A stretch of 64,000 nt of DNA. It comes from an uncultured delta proteobacterium. GTDB taxonomy: Bacteria; Myxococcota; Myxococcia; Myxococcales; Anaeromyxobacteraceae. How positions within the stretch are numbered: position 1 is the first letter of the stretch; each line of letters begins with the position of its first letter. A program made the translations under genes and the position numbers. The stretch spans positions 160,001 through 224,000 of the forward strand of contig CAWJSR010000045.1 in NCBI GenBank assembly GCA_963845515.1. The letters are read 5' to 3'. The notes beneath the pieces are model-generated. The model was not told where the DNA came from. It saw nothing but the letters and a program-made list of their open reading frames with translations, and ran no database searches. Below, piece after piece: positions 51,296 to 61,919 of the stretch.

Positions 51296-53667
51296 GGGGA
51301 TACAGCCAGGTCTATCGCGCAGACCCGCTGCGATGAGATCGACAGTCGCACTGCGAGTCCACGAGCCTTCCGTGCTCTGGTCGGCCCGCTGAAGGGCGGA
51401 CGCAGCGAGAGCGAGGACGGGATCCCAGCGAAATGTCTTGCCTTGCGTCGCCGCGTCGCGCCATCCGTGGAACAGCGCTCTGAGGAGTGGCGAGCTGATC
51501 GCCTCGAGTGCGGCGGCACCGTCCGCGAAGTGTTGCGGGTCTGCAACGACTGCGACGGTGCAGCTCGCGCGCAAGGCCATCCGTGGACGGCTCGAAGACC
51601 TTCGGATCGGGCGTCCAGCCCGCCAGAAGCCTCGCCAACTCCTCGCGGGACATCTCGCGGAGTTCCGCGGCCGACTTGGGGCTCTCGGAGTGGACCCACT
51701 CTACCATCTCGCGACGAGGCTCATCCTGTTGTGGACCGTACTTGGCGACGAGCGAGTTGTACTGCTCCTGCATTTCGAGCGGGAGCGCTGCGGCGACCGG
51801 CGCCATCCGCGCGCGGCGCCAGAGGTCGACATACTGGGCTCTCTCCTCGGCCGTCGAGGGACGGCCCAACGCCTCTTCATAGCTCCGCGCGTATTCTTCG
51901 ACATCAGGTCCCGCTCTAATCCAACCGATGACGGCTTCCCTCGTTGCTGCCTCGACACCTGCGAAGCTCGCCTTCGCTAGAGCCGCGTATTCGTGCCGGG
52001 AGTGGCGGTCGTCGCAGAGGCTCACGACTAGCAAGCTTGGTGGCCGCCAGGTCGGGGACAGCTCGCCAGACTTGCGCAAGAACCCGCAGCGAAATCCGGC
52101 GAAAGACGCCCCAGCTACATGCCTCAAGTAGATGAACGACCTTGCGCGCACGCTCAGCACTCGTGCCCGCAAGTTCGCAGGCCGCGTCTCGAACAGCCGA
52201 GACTAGGAGATCTCGAACATCCGACCTTTCGGTTCCGTCAATGCGCGGACGCCAGATCCACGAATAGTCCTCTGCGCCATCTGGGTTTGTCTGGGAGAGC
52301 TTGATCGCCGTGGCGAGGAGGTCGCACAGGAGTTGCAGGGCATCTTCGCCGATGGCGCGCACGAGCGCCGGCGCGCACGACTTAAGAGCCGCCTCGTAGT
52401 GATGGATGTGGAAGCGGCCACGCGGTTCGGGCGCGACCATGGCTACCTCTCCACCTGCCGGCGCTCTCGATGGGTCTGGATCGACTCTCAGGAGGTTCTT
52501 CGCCAGGCGCAGGCCTGCGGAAGTCTCGCCCCCGGCCACCAGGTGCCGCACCAACTCCCCGAGCTTCTCTGGGAGCAGCATCTGGAAGGGGCTCTCAAGC
52601 CAATCCTCAGCCTTCCGGGCCAGCATCACCCCTTGCGCGGGAGGAAGCGCGAGTGCGACATCGGCCAGGTCTTCGTGAATACGAACGTTCTTCGTCTCGA
52701 TGGCCAAAGCGACCTTCAGCACCAACTCCTGCGCCTCGGGGTTCTTCGCCACGCGAGCCAGGAACCTGGACTGAGGCCAAAAAGGAAAGCCGATGGTGCC
52801 CCGGCTCGGGTCCTCGTCCGGCGGCAGAGGCTTCTTGAAGAAGCCCTTCTCGTACAGCGGCCTCAGCCACCGAGGGTCATCGAGCTTGTCGAGGAGATAC
52901 CTGACCTGCTCGGCGTGTCCCAGCATCGCAACGACCCGGTCCACATTCTCCGGCGAAGGCTCCTTCAGATTCGCGTCGAGGTCAGCGACCGTCTCGTAGA
53001 AGCTCTGCGCCATCGCACCGAGCGCGGTCTCGAAGAGGTCGAACTGCCGCCGCAGTTCGTCGAAGTCGCCGTCTGCATCGGACTTGCTACCCACGTGGGC
53101 TTTGCCGGCGAACCACGCCCGAACCTTGACCCATTGCAGAATCGCGGGGCGCAACTCCTCGTGGCGCTTGGCGTTGGTCGGCGTGAAAGCGGCATACAAC
53201 CTCGCGGCTGATTCGCCGGGGCGCTCTCGGACAGCTTCGTGCTCGGCCAGCAGTCGCCCGATCTGCGCAAGTAGCCGCGAGTCGACCGGAATCGCACCCC
53301 CAGCGGGCGAGGGGCTAGTCGCGGATCCGGCGAGGGTCGCTCCGGTGATACCGGCGTTCCGCCAGGCCGTCGCCAACCCGTCCATCTTGTTCACATAGTC
53401 GAGACGCTCGCTCTTCACGCCCGACACCGCTTCAGGGAGTCGGTTCGCGATGTCGCGCACGGCATGAGAGATGAGAACGACTCGCCCGGGGAGGGACTGG
53501 TCATGAAGGAGGCGCACGGCCGCCTCGTACATTTCCGCGAGTGGCTGAGACTTCTCGGAAAGCCATTGGCGGATCGCCACACGGCGCGCGTCCCAGACGC
53601 CTCCCTGTGCGGCGTCCAACGGAGACGGGGGCGGTGGTACTTCGGTGCCCGCTGTCGCGTTCTCCAT
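51296..53667 (-). pseudogene. N-terminal part of a large helical protein (possible HEPN-like N-domain), split by the transposon and frameshifted
   Basis: ISHAVRDIANRL...WFAGKAH; LDDPRWLRPL..GFF..P...FWPQSRFLAR; ends at CIP at the element boundary. Confidence 0.7.
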
Positions 53668-53680
53668 GACTCCCGGCCCC

Positions 53681-53902
53681 CTACACCCCCAGCAACTCCC
53701 TCGCATCCACCCCGAACGCCTCCGCCAGCTTCTCCAGCGTCGTGAGCGTCGCCGCCACGTCCGCCGTCTCCAGCTTCTGGTAGTGGCGCAGGTTCATCCC
53801 GGCAGTCGCGGCGGTCTTCTCCTGGGACCACCCCCGGCGATCTCGCTCCGCGCGTAGGCAGCGGGCGAGCCGGTCGGCGAGGGAGGGGGTCTTGGACGCC
53901 AC
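53681..53902 (-). CDS. XRE-family HTH regulator (C-protein-like)
   Basis: RGWSQEKTA..AGMNLRHYQKLE...TLEKLAEAFGV. Confidence 0.85.
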   Translation of the reverse strand: MASKTPSLADRLARCLRAERDRRGWSQEKTAATAGMNLRHYQKLETADVAATLTTLEKLAEAFGVDARELLGV

Positions 53903-53936
53903 GGACGGAGGCTACGGGGCCGCGCCCTTGCGGACC

Positions 53937-53977
53937 ACGCCAAAGATGGCGTATACCCGAAGACGCCAAAGATGGCG
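53937..53977. promoter_or_regulatory. Tandem palindromic operators
   Basis: ACGCCAAAGATGGCG at 53937-53951 and 53963-53977, each with a CGCCA-N4-TGGCG core. Confidence 0.7.
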
Positions 53978-53998
53978 CAAGCGCGCCGAGGAGCGTCC

Positions 53999-54652
53999 AT
54001 GGACCAGATGCCCGAGTGCCTGAAGCCGTTCGCGAAGTGGCTCCTTCCCGCGTCGGCGGTGCCGCCAATCTTCCCGCCGCCGGCGGTCTACTTCGTGGTG
54101 AAGGGGGGCGACCTGACCTACGTCGGCCAGTCCATCGCCCTCGACACCCGGCTCGCTTCCCACACCATCGGCGGGAAGGGATGGGACACCTTCTGGTGGT
54201 GGCCGGTCGCGGCGCAGGCGCTCGACGACCTCGAGCGGCTCCTCATCCGGGTGCTCGCGCCGCCCCTCAACCTTCGCGAGGACCCGCCCGACGCGGAGAG
54301 GGCGGAGGTGATCGCGAAGGCGGCCGGCATCGGCTCGGTGCCCGCTCCCGACCGGCGCCCGGGTCACCTCTGGAGGCCGGCCGAGGTCGGCGACCTCGAC
54401 CGGGTCTGGCCCATCCTGTCGCGCCAGGGGAAGGAGTTCCTCGCCGCGCTCGCCGAGGACGCGCCGGTCGTGATGGGCTCCTTCAGCCAGCGGCTCCATG
54501 CCCGGGGCGCCATGCCGTACCTGACCCGGGTGTTCCGGAGGCAGGCAAAGTCGCGGTCGCCGGTCCACTTCGAGGGGCAGGGCCGGCGGAGGAAGCTCTG
54601 GCTCGATGCGTCGGTCGCCGCACGGGTCGTCGAGCTCGGCGCGGCGGAGTAG
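53999..54652 (+). CDS. GIY-YIG nuclease domain protein
   Basis: AVYF...YVGQS...RLASH...LERLLI...PPLN. Confidence 0.65.
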   Translation: MDQMPECLKPFAKWLLPASAVPPIFPPPAVYFVVKGGDLTYVGQSIALDTRLASHTIGGKGWDTFWWWPVAAQALDDLERLLIRVLAPPLNLREDPPDAERAEVIAKAAGIGSVPAPDRRPGHLWRPAEVGDLDRVWPILSRQGKEFLAALAEDAPVVMGSFSQRLHARGAMPYLTRVFRRQAKSRSPVHFEGQGRRRKLWLDASVAARVVELGAAE

Positions 54653-54657
54653 GACGC

Positions 54658-55080
54658 CCGGGTTTCGCGCTTCGAATCGCGTTTATAAAGTGCTTCACCG
54701 TGACACCGGGATTCAAACACGAAACCCCGGCGGCGTGGCGCGGGTCGGAGGAGGCGGCGCAGGGCGGGATCGGTCGCGCTGGTCTGCTCAGGCGCGGCCT
54801 GCCGAGAGGCCCTCTGGGACGCCGACGGAGCATCCTGGAAGAGCCCGGACCGCGTCGCGACGGCCGCGATTTCGCGACACATTTCGTGATTTTAAAGCGT
54901 TACGTGCTGTTAACACCGTTGTGTCACGAAATGCTTCGGCGGCGATCGGGCCGGGGGCGTCCAAGTCCTCGAATTTCCACCCTGCCCCGGGTTTCGCGAT
55001 GAGGCCGCGTGACGGGGGTTTCGTGATTCCGTTTTCCCGACCCCTCCCCCCCAACGACTGGGTGGAGGGGTCGGGAAAAC
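54658..55080. repeat. Cluster of TTTCG(C/T)G/CACGAAA motifs and a hairpin (res-site-like)
   Basis: Motifs near 54662, 54718, 54870, 54882, 54925, 54991 and 55018; hairpin GTTTTCCCGACCCCTCC...GGAGGGGTCGGGAAAAC. Confidence 0.45.
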
Positions 55081-55330
55081 AGAATCAGAGGAGAAGGAAT
55101 CAGGAGGAGAGGGGCAGGGTGGAAATGGGATGGATGGAGAGAGTGGAGATGGAGATGAGTGGAGTGAGTGGGAGATACAGAGAGTGAAGTGGAGTGGATG
55201 AGTAGAGAAAGAGAAGAAGAAGAAAAAGGAAAAGAAGAAGAGGAGGGGGCGCGGGGAAGGTGAAGGGGGTTGGGCGGGGTGGTGGAGGTGGCGATGGGGG
55301 CGCGGGATGGAGGTCGAGGGGAAGAGGGCG
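55081..55330. other. Purine-rich, C-depleted low-complexity tract
   Basis: Almost entirely G/A on the + strand. Confidence 0.7.
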
Positions 55331-55936
55331 AGGACGGAGGAGGCGGACGATGGACAGGTACGGAGCGGTGACGAGGTGAGGTCGGAGGGGGGCTCGGTGG
55401 GGCGGCTATCGGGGTGGTCGAGGTGGGGCTGCCAGAGGGAGGCCGGTCAGGACATCGCTGACAACCGTCGAACCTGGTCGAAGTCCGAAGGGGCCGTCCC
55501 TGAGCGGCGGGCGGCCGGGCTCTTGCGGCCGCGAACGGTCGCCATGCTAGCCTCCGCGCCAAGCGCGGAGGACAGGTCGACGCAGGGGGATGAGCGATGA
55601 CACTTTGCGCCAAGCCGGTCGCCGAGAAGTGCGCCCTGGACGACGGCCACACCGGCGAGTGCCGCTGCCAACACGAGCGCGCCGCGGCCGGTCTCGGGAA
55701 CGCCCTCGACTCCCTGGTCAGGGAGGTCGAGGCGACGGACGCGAACTTCCACCTTCGGAAGGCGGCGAGGGTCGCTCGCCGCGCGCAGGAGCGGGAGGTC
55801 GTCACCGCCGAGGATTCTCGCTCGGAGCGACGCGGAGAAGGCCGCTGGGCGGGAGCGCCGGCGCGCAACCGACGAGCGGGACCGGAAGTACGAAGGCGAT
55901 CCGGGCGCGTTCGATCGAGGCGAGGATGGGCGCGGG

Positions 55937-56356
55937 GTGGTCCAGGTGCTCTTCGCGAACCTGAAGGCGGCCCTTCCAGAGCTGGAGAAGCTGCTCGCCA
56001 GATGCTCAGGGGAGTGGGGGTACGACGACCCGCTCTACCGGCTCTATCACCAGAGCTACAAGGTCTACTGGCTCCAGGACGCGACCCGCGAGATTGTCGC
56101 GGCGCTCCAGGCGCTCGCGCCCGATCGCGAGCTCGACGAGTGGTTCACGCAGATCGTCCGGGACGGGACCGGGCGCACCTTCCAGCTGGGCGACAACCAG
56201 CGGTGGCTCGCGTGCACCCGTCCGATCGTCGAGGCCTTCTTCCACGCGCGCTACTTCCTCGAGATGGCCGTGCGGCAGGGGCAGCAGCTCGACGCGCCGC
56301 CGCTCGTGCTGCCGAGCGGGTGGGCGGCGTTGCTGTGCCTGTATGAGTTGCGCTGA
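55937..56356 (+). CDS. Hypothetical protein
   Basis: Protein-like composition (YRLYHQSYKVYWLQ...EAFFHARYFLEMAV) with GC3-biased codons. Confidence 0.65.
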   Translation: MVQVLFANLKAALPELEKLLARCSGEWGYDDPLYRLYHQSYKVYWLQDATREIVAALQALAPDRELDEWFTQIVRDGTGRTFQLGDNQRWLACTRPIVEAFFHARYFLEMAVRQGQQLDAPPLVLPSGWAALLCLYELR

Positions 56357-56914
56357 CAACGGACGTTGCGTCGACCTGCACCGATGTCGTGGCCCCGCGG
56401 GACCGTAACCTCGTTCACTGCGCAGGGCGACCACGGCGGCACGGGCGGCGACGGAGCGAAGGGAGAACTCCTGGCGTTGCCCCATGGCTACCAAGCCACG
56501 AGGGCGAGGGGCCCGGCCCTCGCCGACGTCGACGGACTTGTCAGTCGGGATAGGGAGTTCGCGAACAACCCGCGCTGGCCGCACGAGCCGCTGAAGCAGG
56601 GGCGCGTGTGCTCCTTCAGCTCTGCACGGCGTTGGACGGGATGGGCGACACCGAGTGGGCGCCTCCCATGCCTCCGGCGAGCACGCATCGGGCTACCAGC
56701 CTCTGGAGTGCTGTACCTGGCACACTATGGGTTCTTGCAGGCGACCAACATTCAGCAGGATGCCGCGCCCGCGATCTGGTCCTTCCTCGGTATCAGGCCG
56801 GCTCGATCACCTCGGCACCATCCCTCCTGCCGACGAAAACCGAGGAGCGTGAACGGTTACGCCTAATGAAGGCCGGTCCTGCTGCTCCGCTGCGTCCACA
56901 ACAACAGAAGACTA

Positions 56915-56985
56915 AGGCGAGGGCAGGATTCGAACCTGCGTACACGGCTTTGCACACCGTTGCCTGACCGCTCGGCGACCCCGCC
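56915..56985 (-). tRNA. tRNA-Cys(GCA), no encoded CCA, atypical G32
   Basis: GGCGGGG-TC-GCCGAGCGGTCAGGC-A-ACGGT-GTGCAAA-GCCGT-GTAC-GCAGG-TTCGAAT-CCTGC-CCTCGCC-T cloverleaf with U73. Confidence 0.85.
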
Positions 56986-57040
56986 AAGAATACTCGATTG
57001 ATGGAGCGGTTCAGTACGTGCGCCGCCCTGAAGACATTCA

Positions 57041-57508
57041 TCACGTCACCAGTCCTGCAACGAGCCCCAGCCCAATACCGAAGGAGACATGATTGAAGGC
57101 GCTCGTCCGGAGGGGTGCCATGGACGGCGGACCGAGCGCGCCGCAAAGACCGAACCCGAACGACGGGAACATGACGAACCACGCCAACACCGTTGTGAGC
57201 GTGCCGTACGCGACGGCCCAGCCCAGTCGGTCGGGGGAGACGTCGATCAAGCTCGAGAGAAGGACGTAGATAGTGCCGAGAACCCCACCGATGGCGTAGT
57301 GGGTCACCTCGCCGAGCGCGAACTCCCGCCAAACCGGCATGGCGTCACGTATGTCACGGTGCACGAACCGACCCCGAAACATGTGACCGACCCAGCGCCC
57401 GAGAAGCGCTGGCCGGAACAGGCCGACCGCGAGCGTTCTCGAGGCCGCTAGGTTGAAGACATCCATGAAGAGCGTGGAGAGTAGGCCGATCAGGAATCCC
57501 TGAAGCAT
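57041..57508 (-). CDS. DUF2938-family membrane protein
   Basis: TLFMD...LLGRWVGH..RGRFVH...HYAIG...NHVSFG. Confidence 0.75.
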   Translation of the reverse strand: MLQGFLIGLLSTLFMDVFNLAASRTLAVGLFRPALLGRWVGHMFRGRFVHRDIRDAMPVWREFALGEVTHYAIGGVLGTIYVLLSSLIDVSPDRLGWAVAYGTLTTVLAWFVMFPSFGFGLCGALGPPSMAPLRTSAFNHVSFGIGLGLVAGLVT

Positions 57509-57645
57509 CGTTGGCGTAGCCACGGTGAATGCCCCCCACCCAGGTACTGTTGCTTCGTTCAATGGCGTTTGACCCCACCTAGAAACCGTCTCTCGGTGCC
57601 CCGTACAGGCCGTCGAAATAGTCGCCCGGGTGGCTTCCGGAAGAC

Positions 57646-58275
57646 CTAGGCTAAGAATGGATTGAGATCCTCAACGCGATCCACGAGGAGCGGCGCACCA
57701 GCCGCGATGAGCGCCGGGCGCGGTGTCAGCCCCCAGGTGACAGAGACCAGCGGGATGCCGATCGACCGCGCGAGTGCGATGTTCGCGCACCCGTCGCCGA
57801 TGAGCACCGCGTCGGCCGGGCTGCCCCCGAGGCGCGCCAGGATGCCGAGGGTCCCGGCGGGATCGGGTTTGCAGGGAGCCTCATCCCCTCCCACCACCGC
57901 CTCGAAGTGACTACCGAGTCCCAGATCACCGAGCATGCGCCTAGCCAGCGCTCCAGGCTTGAATGTATGGACAGCGAGCGTACGCCTCGCGTTGGCGACG
58001 ACCTCGACGATACCGGGATAGGGTCGACTATGGTCAAGACAATGGATCTCGTAATGCGCCCACCATGCAGCGCACGCGGCGTCGGCGAGGTGTGCGTGCG
58101 GCGATACTGCACCCTCCACGAGGCGTCGAATCCCGCCTCCAATGAGCCCTCGAACCTCCTCTGGCGATCTGGGAGGCAATCCCACCGATCGCAGTGCGGC
58201 CGCGACCGCAAGGACGAGGTCGTCGAGCGTGTCGACTAGGGTTCCGTCGAGGTCGAAGATCGCGATGCGCTTCAC
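57646..58275 (-). CDS. HAD-superfamily phosphatase (Gph-like)
   Basis: FDLDGTLVDT, KPDP, IGD. Confidence 0.88.
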   Translation of the reverse strand: MKRIAIFDLDGTLVDTLDDLVLAVAAALRSVGLPPRSPEEVRGLIGGGIRRLVEGAVSPHAHLADAACAAWWAHYEIHCLDHSRPYPGIVEVVANARRTLAVHTFKPGALARRMLGDLGLGSHFEAVVGGDEAPCKPDPAGTLGILARLGGSPADAVLIGDGCANIALARSIGIPLVSVTWGLTPRPALIAAGAPLLVDRVEDLNPFLA

Positions 58276-58620
58276 TCGCCCCCTCCCGTGCGAGGCACGG
58301 CGCACAGCGTAATGGTTGGGGTGGCGGAGGGATAGAGTGCGCTCCGAACGGTTGCCGGGGGCTCGTTCTCACCGCCCGAGCGCGAGCCCTCCCGGCGCTG
58401 CGCACAGCGTGGAAGGACGGAGTCAGTCGAGGCGCACTTTCGTGCGGCAGCGAAAGGAACACGAAAGGAGGTTGACACACGCGTAGTGTATACGGTACCC
58501 GAAGTGTATGTCACGCGTCGTGGAAGCGTCGCGGGGCCCGGGGGGGTCGGCAAGCTTCGGCTGGACGTTGCCTCCTCTCCGAGCGCCTGCGTCCGTCAAG
58601 TCCGTGCCCCGGGAGGCCGC

Positions 58621-60153
58621 ATGCCGGTGAGGGAAATCCAATCGGACTTCCTCGGTGCGGCGACGGAGTATGTCCTTGGGGACGGGCGTCGATTCTCGGA
58701 GGCACTATCTCGACTCAGCGGCGACCACGATGATGATGGGGGTAGCGTTCGACGTCGTTAGGGAATTCCTGCCGCACTATGGAAGCACGCACAGCACTGC
58801 CCACGTCTCGGCGCGGATTGCATCGGAGGCGATGGAGTGGGCGCACGGCCGTGTACTGGAGTTCGTGGGTGCGGAATCCCGACGAGTACGTCTCGGTCTT
58901 CCATGGGAGCGGCGCGACGGGCTGCATCAACCGTCTCGCGAGGATGTTCGCAGCACTCCGCGCCGAGAGACCAGAGGTGCTCGTCTCCCTCATGGAGCAC
59001 CACTCGAACGATCTTCCCCACCGGCGACACGCGGGAAGCGTTGCGCATGTCCCTCTTGTCGGAGAGTCGCCTGCGCTCGGGGCAATCTCGCTGCCGAAGC
59101 TCGAGGAGATGTTGGCCGCTGCTGCTGGACGGGTGAACTACGTCGCGGTCACGGGCGCCAGCAACGTGACGGGACTCGTGAATCCCGTGCATGACGTCGC
59201 CGAGATCGCGCACCGCCACGGCGCGTTCGTCCTCGTGGACGGCGCACAACTTGTCGCGCATCGGCGCGTATCGGTTTCTCGCGGTGTCGCCCCAGAACGA
59301 CGAATCGACGCTTTCGTATTCTCGGGCCACAAGATCTATGCTCCAGGCTCGCCGGGCGTGATCGTCGTCCGCAAGGACCTTCTGGCGGCCAGCGAGCCCG
59401 GGGAGTTGGGCGGCGGCGTCGTGCATGAGGTCCAGCGCGACTCCTACCGGCTCGTCGAGAAGCTCCCGGACAGGGAGCAGGCCGGGACCCCGAACGTCGT
59501 CGGAGCCGTGGCGCTCGCTGCGGTGCTGGACGTCCTAGAATCGCGTGGGAATCGAGCGCCTCGTAGCGCGGGAGGAGTCCCTGGTCGCCGAGGCTCTCAC
59601 TCGGCTCAATGCGCTGCCCGGGGTGGAGGTCTATGGAGAGACGGACGTTGAGCGGGCCGCTCGTGTGGGCGTCGTCTCGTTCAACATACGAGGACTGGAC
59701 CACGGCCTCGTGGCGGCTGCGCTGAGCGACTATCACAACGTCGCGGTGCGCCATGGGTGCTTCTGCGCGCATCCGTACGTGCGTGAACTCCTCACCCCGA
59801 TGCTCTGGAACCTCGACGTGGACGGATTGAGCAATGCCGAGGCTGAGGTCTACCTTGCCAAGAAGCGTGGCATGGTGCGGTCCAGCTTCGGGCTGTACTC
59901 GACACCCGAAGACCTGGAGGCGTTGCTCCGCGGCGTCGGCGACCTCACGCGGAACGCAGAGGAATTCCGGGCGAAGTATGTCGCTCAGCCTGACGCAACC
60001 TACAAGCACATGGGTGAGGCGAGCGCGACGCCCGTGTTTCATCCGGGAGACGTCGTCGCCGCCGCGCTCGCCTCGCGGAAAGCGAGCGCTCGCACGTCGG
60101 CCGCGGGCGGGCCCAGAGCGTTGACGTTCTGGCCGAGGGGAGCGATCCCATGA
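58621..60153 (+). CDS. Class-V aminotransferase / SufS-like cysteine desulfurase (about three frameshifts; start uncertain)
   Basis: YLDSAAT, MEHHSN, VDGAQ, FSGHKIYAP, AGTPN, RHGCFCAHP. Confidence 0.85.
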
Positions 60154-60683
60154 GGCGCATCCTGATCAGCGGCCTTGTGCGAGGGGCCGCCGCGACGATC
60201 GTCATGGATTTGCTGAATGCGGTCGCCGCCTGGGCGGGCGCCGTGGAACGCATGAACCCGCGGCTCACGGGGCGGCTCGCCGATGGCTGGGTGCGCGGCA
60301 AGTTCCTGTACCGCGGCTTGGCGGAGGTAGCGGACGTTCCGGGTGCGCTCCTGAAGGGCATCACCGCGCATTACGTCATCGGAGCGGCCTTTGGTCTCTG
60401 CTTCGCGTGGTTCCTCGCGGTCCTCGGTCGAGCCCGCGCCGGTGTCGCACTTCCGCTCTTCTACGGACTGTGCACGACCGCGGCATCGCTGCTCGTTCTC
60501 TTCCCCTCCGTCGGGATCGGGTTCTTCGCCGCTCATGCCCCGGACCCCTACGCGTTGGTGGGCGCGAGCACGCTGAACCACCTGTTCTACGGGCTCGGAC
60601 TTGCGCTGGCTTTTCGGGGCTACGCGGCAGTGCGAGAGACCGGAGACCTGGGACTTTCCAGTCGCCTCGAGGATCTCGGGTGA
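60150..60683 (+). CDS. DUF2938-family membrane protein
   Basis: ATIVMD...GR..GW.RGKF...HYVIG...NHLFYG, same pattern as 57041-57508. Confidence 0.72.
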   Translation: MRRILISGLVRGAAATIVMDLLNAVAAWAGAVERMNPRLTGRLADGWVRGKFLYRGLAEVADVPGALLKGITAHYVIGAAFGLCFAWFLAVLGRARAGVALPLFYGLCTTAASLLVLFPSVGIGFFAAHAPDPYALVGASTLNHLFYGLGLALAFRGYAAVRETGDLGLSSRLEDLG

Positions 60684-61919
60684 GCGGCCTAGCTCGAGGC
60701 GGGGAGACGTTGGGATTCGCGGGTGGGGAAACGGCATCCCCCGTTGCGCGGAATCTCTGGCTTCTCCATGGGGCGGTCGCCGCTCATTTCGCGGCCGGGC
60801 TCATGGGCACCACGATCGGCCCCGTCCTCTTCGTGACGATGACCGGTCGACCCGAGCTGGCGGGCGTCGCGCCCGCGACCTTCATCGTCGCGGGTGCAGT
60901 TGCAGCCCAGGTCGGCGGGTTCCTCATGGATCGCCTCGGCCGGATCCCGGTCCTCTTCGCGGGGTTCTTGGTGGGGGCACTAGGGTTTGCTGGTGCAGCG
61001 ATCGCAATCCGGCAGGATACCCCCGCCATCCTCGTTAGCAGCTTCGCCCTCCAGGGAGCTGCGACAGGGGTCGTCATGCTCGCGCGACTCGCCGCGGCGG
61101 ACATGCGACCACCCGAGCTTCAGCCCCGGGCCGTGGCCACCGTCCTGTCCGGGGCCATTCCCGGAGCGATCGCGGCCGCCGTAGTCTTCCCGCTGATGGA
61201 CCGCATGGGCGCGTGGCCCTGGATCGTCGGGGCCTGCGTGATGCTCCTGGGCGCGCTCATCGTCCTTGGAGTTCGCCCGGAGCCGAAACTAATAGCCGAG
61301 GCGTTGGTCCGCGTTGGCGGCGGGCGACAGGCGCCGATGTGGCAGAGCCAGGTCGACACGCGCACGACTCCGGTAGGCGGCGAGATAGGGGCGACGTTGT
61401 TGGGGTGGCTCGGCTGTCACGCGCCCAAGATGGCGCTCGTTCCGTTGGCAGGAATGATCGCAATCCGCACGGGGCACTCGCCGCGCGATGCGTATCCGAT
61501 GGTGGCCGCCCATATGGTGGGGATGTTCCTCTTCATTCTCTTCGTTGGGGAGATCGTGCAAAGAATGGGCTCTCTCCGAGCTTCTCCGCGTGGGGCTGGC
61601 GCTGACCATCCTGAGCGTCGGGGCGCTCGGCCTTGCCCGATCGGTCTTCGCCCTCGCTGCGACCTACTTCGTCCTTGGCGTTGGGTGGAGCCTGGGAAAC
61701 GTGGCAGCAACCGCGAACCTGGCACGGCTCGCAAGACCAGCCTCACGCGGGCGTCTTCTCGGTCTCGCAGACTTCGCGGGGAACGGCCTAGGCGCAGCGC
61801 TCGCGCTTGGCGCTGGCTACGCTCTCGCCAGCAGGAGCGTCGCAGCGGTTGCGCTCGGCGCGGCGACGCTCGCCACGGCGCTTGCCGCGGCTCACCTGAG
61901 CGCTAAGCAAGCTCTATGA
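60680..61919 (+). CDS. MFS transporter (frameshift near 61575)
   Basis: GFLMDRLGRIP motif A, RLAAAD, AHMVGMF. Confidence 0.8.

Noticed and set aside
55016..55868. Ser/Pro/His-rich ORF (part of 54924-55868) and Glu/Arg-rich ORFs across the purine tract
   Set aside because: Translations of low-complexity, probably erroneous sequence.
55590..55930. Short Cys/His-containing ORF (CALDDGHTGEC)
   Set aside because: Possibly a real phage-like small gene, but the frame and ends are ambiguous, so it cannot be supported.
56366..56866. 166-aa ORF before the tRNA-Cys
   Set aside because: No recognisable motif and inconsistent codon pattern; possibly a degraded remnant.
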